Shown here one piece after another: positions 62,053 through 64,000 of a stretch of 64,000 nt of DNA. The DNA is taken from NCBI GenBank assembly GCA_036785375.1, contig JAWMAR010000061.1:8990001-9054000 (forward strand). The letters run 5' to 3'. The notes below the pieces were generated by a model, which had not been told where the DNA came from, ran no database searches, and saw only the letters and a program-made list of their open reading frames with translations. Positions within the stretch are counted from its first letter, which is position 1. Each line of letters begins with the position of its first letter. Position numbers and translations under genes: made by a program. Origin of the DNA: Leucoraja ocellata (Eukaryota).

Positions 62053-63124
62053 CAGGGGTTACTTTCAGCTGACCTACTGTAGTGACATGACAAGGCAGTT
62101 GTCAGTGCAATGACCGCCGCACACTTCTCTCTGCTCCCACTCCTAACGTAGAGACTGCGGGCTCTGGGACAAGAGCCAACAGGAATCATTTACCTTGAAC
62201 ACAAGTCCACCAGTGACTTCACTGCAGCTTATCTGGATAACACTACCAACCTTGACCTTGACCAGCTCACCTCCATCCCTGCCACCCTACACACTATGCA
62301 ACTGTGAAACAGCACTCATGAGAAGTTGCACGGGGCCTGATCCACTGCAGGACGTCACTTGGCAGAAACTGCAGCTTGGATATATGGAGATGAGAATCAC
62401 TGACAACCACCCATCAGAGACAAGGGTTTGGCTTGTTCTCTGTTCCCCTGATGTCCCAAACAAAGTCAGTGAGGGATTTTCATCCGTCAAACCGTCTTTG
62501 CTGTTCCAATCGTTCTCCAAATGAGGCTCCTGCTCTTGAATATTTTTCTACAAAACCGCTACCCATGAGACTTCCATTCATAGTTCCAATATTGGTTGGC
62601 ATGGTAACTTTCCTCAGGGAGAAAGAATGTTCTCCTTCTGAACGATTGTCATGAATCCTCTCACTCAACAGACTGATCTTCAACCACTCCACCTTCTCAA
62701 ACCTTGGATCTGTCTCCCAAAGCTCAACGTCTCTCCAAAAATATGCATCTCATTCCCTACTGAATCTCTTCAATCCCCGCCACATCAAAACAATCCCCAC
62801 TGTTCTCTTCACTCAAACTCTCCATAAGATGAGGTCCTATATAGACCATCCCCATCACATTGCTCCTGCACTGACAGCCGTGGCTGAGCTACCAGTTCTG
62901 AAACTTCCTCTTCCTTGATATAACCAGCCTGCAACCCTAATAAATACTGACTTTGGGCATAATTAACACCCCTTATGGAGATTTTTAATCTGCATTTTCT
63001 ATCCCATGCTGGTTTATGTTCTATGTTAATGTAGTTATTTGTACCAAAGGTATGTTAATTCTAAATATAAAATTTAAATGCATACTTTCCACATCAGTTG
63101 AGACATAATCTGAGCTGCATTAGT

Positions 63125-63430
63125 TATAGAGTTCAGACTCAGCTCTTCGGCCCAACTTGCCATGCCGACACTAGTCGCATTTGGCCCATAGTCCTCTAAA
63201 CCTTTCCTGTCCAAATGTGCTCAATGTTGTTACAGTACTTGCCTCAACTACCTCCTCTGGCAGCTTATTCCATACACCCACCGCAGTCTGTGTGAAAACG
63301 TTGCCTTTCCGGTTCCTATTAAATCCTTCCCCTCTCATCTTAAACCTGTGTCCACTGATTGTTGATTCACCTGGATAAAATACTGTGCATCTAACCTGTC
63401 TATTTCCCTTGTGATCTTATACACCTGCCC
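63125..63430 (-). mobile_element. CR1-like LINE 3' fragment, degraded
   Basis: cttgcctcaactacctcctctggcagcttattccatacacccacc...gtgtgaaaacgttgcc...cttaaacctgtgtcc. Confidence 0.7.
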
Positions 63431-63629
63431 AGCCTCATCCTATCGTCCTGGCAAAGTTCTTGAAAATTGTCTTTGCACTCTTTCCAGCTTAACAACACTC
63501 ACATTGTACTCGTAATACAATGGAAATGTCACATTATCAGGGGCCCAGTGAACAGGGAGCACCATCTTATCAGAAGGGAAATGTTGAGGGAGTTCTGTGC
63601 TAGTGACGGGTCAGTGCTGAGAAAGTGTT

Positions 63630-63712
63630 GCACTATTGAAGGGCAATACTGAAGGAACACCACACTGTTGGAGGGGCAATACTGAGGGAACACCACACTG
63701 TTAGAGGGGCAG
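63630..63712 (+). repeat. 32-bp tandem repeat (cactgttggaggggcaatactgagggaacaccac)
   Basis: About 2.5 copies; unit resembles part of the Deu SINE domain. Confidence 0.7.
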
Positions 63713-64000
63713 TGCATTGGAAACAATCTGAAGAACTTCACATTAATACACAGGGAGAACAGAGTAAAAACAGATCCAAAAGTGAGATAAATAAACTTGG
63801 AGGAGCTAGGGCTAGGTTTTGGACATGGGGGAATGCAGGGCAGACGATGGGCAGCTGGTAAGGAGGACCCTGAACAAACCAAGTGATAATACCAATGTGA
63901 AAGGCTGTGAGAGGGAGTTTCAAGTAGTGATTATACAATCTGGACTCATACATTGAAGGTCACAAGTGGTTTTGTTGACATTTTTAATTTATTAAGAGGA

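Noticed and set aside
62195-62692. Cluster of ORFs as NEO1 Ig1 or an alternative first exon
   Set aside because: No Ig or signal-peptide features and the frames are broken by stops; nothing supports coding status.

Overview
Vertebrate genomic DNA, most likely a cartilaginous fish (skate/ray-type repeats: V-SINE/HE1-like SINEs, CR1-like and Rex1-like LINE ends, a Deu-SINE, Penelope remnants). Two convergent genes fill the window. (1) BBS4, + strand, complete: 16 coding exons from ATG 2615 to TAG 17059, 1563 nt, 520 aa, all GT-AG with consistent phases. It sits behind a CpG-island promoter carrying a CRE and an RFX X-box. (2) Neogenin (NEO1), - strand, partial: 19 recognisable exons from Ig2 (53123) to the stop codon (21765). 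The 5' exons lie beyond the window, the FN3-FN6 exons are missing at a 200-N gap, and the transmembrane exon has a 1-nt frameshift that is probably an assembly error. Most interesting: many Penelope-derived minimal hammerhead-ribozyme-like cores (CTGAAGA-A-GGGTC-NN-GACCC-GAAACGTC), often as inverted pairs; a 36-bp tandem duplication of a NEO1 splice donor giving seven in-phase donors at the already alternatively spliced Ig4-FN1 linker; a likely uORF in the BBS4 leader; and BBS4-NEO1 tail-to-tail order without ADPGK. Exon boundaries were read base by base. Repeat boundaries are approximate and family names rest on remembered motifs, not a database search.
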